A stretch of DNA of 64,000 nucleotides from Hemiscyllium ocellatum. Taxonomy: Eukaryota. Each line of letters starts with the position of its first letter. Position 1 is the stretch's first letter. Shown in pieces: positions 61,860-64,000 of this stretch. Under the pieces are notes generated by a model. That model was not told the origin of the DNA and did no database searches. It saw nothing but the letters and a program-made list of their open reading frames with translations. A program made the translations under genes and the position numbers. The stretch spans positions 599,291-663,290 of the forward strand of contig NW_026867481.1 of NCBI RefSeq assembly GCF_020745735.1. The letters are read 5' to 3'.

Positions 61860-64000
61860 GTTAGTTCAAATTGTTAGGGTCAAGCAGTTTTCGTTTATCA
61901 GCTATGTCCAGAAAGGTTCCTGCCTCAGCATATAGATAGACTGACCAGAGGGGATGCCGTTATATATCAGATTTGTGCTTGGCAACGAATCATACCAGCT
62001 GAGAGAACATTTGAGCGATAGTAATCGTAACTCCCTCACCTTTCAATGCTCATGGAAATGTACGGGACGAGAAGTATGGGAAAATATTTAGTTGGGGAAG
62101 GGGAGATTAGAATATTATTCAGCAGGAACGAGGTCGCCTAAATTGGGAACAGATGTTCTCAGAGAAATGCATGACAGAAATGGAGAGATTGTTTATGGCG
62201 CAATTGCTGATAACTGTTGACAGGTTTCTCCCAAGCATGCAAAGAAGGAGTGACAAGATGGAAGAACGTTGCGTGACAAAGAATGTGCAACATCTAGCCA
62301 TAAAGAAGGAGAAAGCTAATTTACTGTTGAGGAGGCGAGGATCAGATAGGACTCGAGAAGGTTGTAATGTAGTCAGGAAGGAATTGAACAATGAACTGAG
62401 GAGAGCTAGAAGAGGGCATGGAAAAGCTTTCGCAGATAGGATGAAGGAAAACACAAAGGCCTTTGACACTTTTGCGAGGAACACGATAATGACCAGTGTG
62501 AGGGTAGGGCCGACCAGGGATAAAGAGGGTTGGGGAACTGTGCCTGGAGTTGGAGGAGGTAGGGAAGGAACTTTATAAGAGTACTTTGCCTCAGAGTCAC
62601 TCCTGGAAGGAAAGTTGACGTTTCTGAGGACGGCGTGATGTGAGCAAACATGTTGGTGTTAAGACAAAGGATGTGATAAGATTTTGAAATTCATGAGGAT
62701 GGATAAGTCACCCGGGCCAGAAAGGATATACTCTATGCTTCTATTGGAAACGAGGGAAAAGATTTCTGTACCTTTGCTGATGATCTTTGCACCCTTAGTG
62801 TATAATGGATTAATTCTCGATGATTGGAGAGTGGCAAATATTGTTCTCTTCAAGAAACAGAATTGGGTTAATCGTGAGCACTCTAGAGCAGCCAGTCACA
62901 CGTCTGTGGTGGGGAAGGCATTGAAAGAAAGGTTCCATCATTGCATGTAAAACCAGAGTTTGAGTAAAGTTAGTCAGCATGGCCTTATGTGCGGCCGGTC
63001 ATGCTACACACAATCTTGAGTTATTTTAGCATGTAACAAAGCGTATTGATGAAGGTAGAGCATTGGATGTGATATATAAGTAATTGAGCAATGCGTTTGA
63101 TAATGCTTCCCATGGTAGGCTCATTCAGAAAGTAAGGGAGTACAGGGAAATCGGGATACAGAATTGATTGCCTCAGAGAAGACACATTATGGTTGTATAT
63201 GGAAGCCTTTGAGGCTCGATTTTGGTGACCAGTGGTGTTCTGCAGGGACCGTTTCTGGGATCTCTGCTCTACGTTATCTTTATAATTTTTTTACTCACTC
63301 ACGGGCTGAGGATGTCACTGGATAACCGACATTTATTGCCCATCCCAGCAGGCAGTTAAGAGTCAACCAGGTAAGGATGGCAGGTAATATCCTTCCCGGA
63401 ATGGCATTAATGGACCAGGTGGTGTTTTTTTTTCCAACAACCGACAATGTATTGTGGCCATCTCAGCCTGTTCATTCCAGATGTTTGTTGAATTCAAATT
63501 TCACCATGTGTTGTGGCTAGATTTGAATGCGATCCCAACAACATTATCTGGGTCTCTGGGCTAAGAGTCCGGAGATGACACCACTAGGTCATTAACGCCC
63601 CTTCAATCACTTGGACAAGGAAGGGAAAGGGTGTCCTAGTAAGTTTGCAGATTTCCCGAAGTTTGGTGCAGTGGTATATATGTAGAGAGCTGTTTGTAAT
63701 TTGCAACGCGACATTGACAGGATGCAGAACCGGGCTGATAATTGGCAGTGAAATTCAGCCAGGAAAAGTGTGAAGTGATCCACTTTGGAAGGTCGAATTT
63801 GAATGAAAAATACAAGTTTAAAGGTTGGATCATTGGCAGTGTAGAAGTAAAGAGGGATGTTGAGGTCCAGGTCCATGCATTCTTCAAATTTGCCACACAG
63901 GTTAATAGGGTTTCCGAGAACTAATATTGTGTGTTTGGCTTTCATTGGCGGGAGAATTCTGTTTAAGAGCCACGATGTTACGCTGCAGATAATACAGCAC
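61860..64000 (+). mobile_element. Degenerate CR1 LINE (paralogue of 23560-25700) with a nested SINE-like insert at ~63300-63600
   Basis: ORFs 62153-62578, 62684-62950 (MDKSPGPERIY...DWRVANIVLFKK) and 63742-63924 (FSQEKCEVIHFGRSN). Confidence 0.85.

Overview
Cartilaginous-fish (shark) genomic DNA. The CR1, Penelope and HE1/V-SINE repeat content suggests a carpet-shark-like species (inference). The window looks like part of a T-cell-receptor alpha/delta-type V-segment array in which V segments alternate with two-exon GPR139/142-like class A GPCR genes. Manual reading of both strands found one fully open leader+V exon with a good 23-RSS (44872-45443, minus). It lacks the canonical first Cys and the core Trp. 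There are also four clear V pseudogenes or fragments with 23-RSSs in both orientations, one TCR-gamma-like V remnant and two weaker V-like remnants. The GPCRs comprise one intact 322-aa gene (36941-39436, minus) and three pseudogenes. Much of the window is segmental duplication: ~15445-17676 matches ~42727-45010 and ~17677-25700 matches ~55575-64000, with the junction falling inside a V exon. Three class-I-like ERV remnants, solo LTRs, many CR1 and Penelope fragments and SINEs fill the rest. I found no D, J or C segments, rRNA, tRNA or CRISPR. All coordinates were counted by hand; repeat boundaries are approximate.
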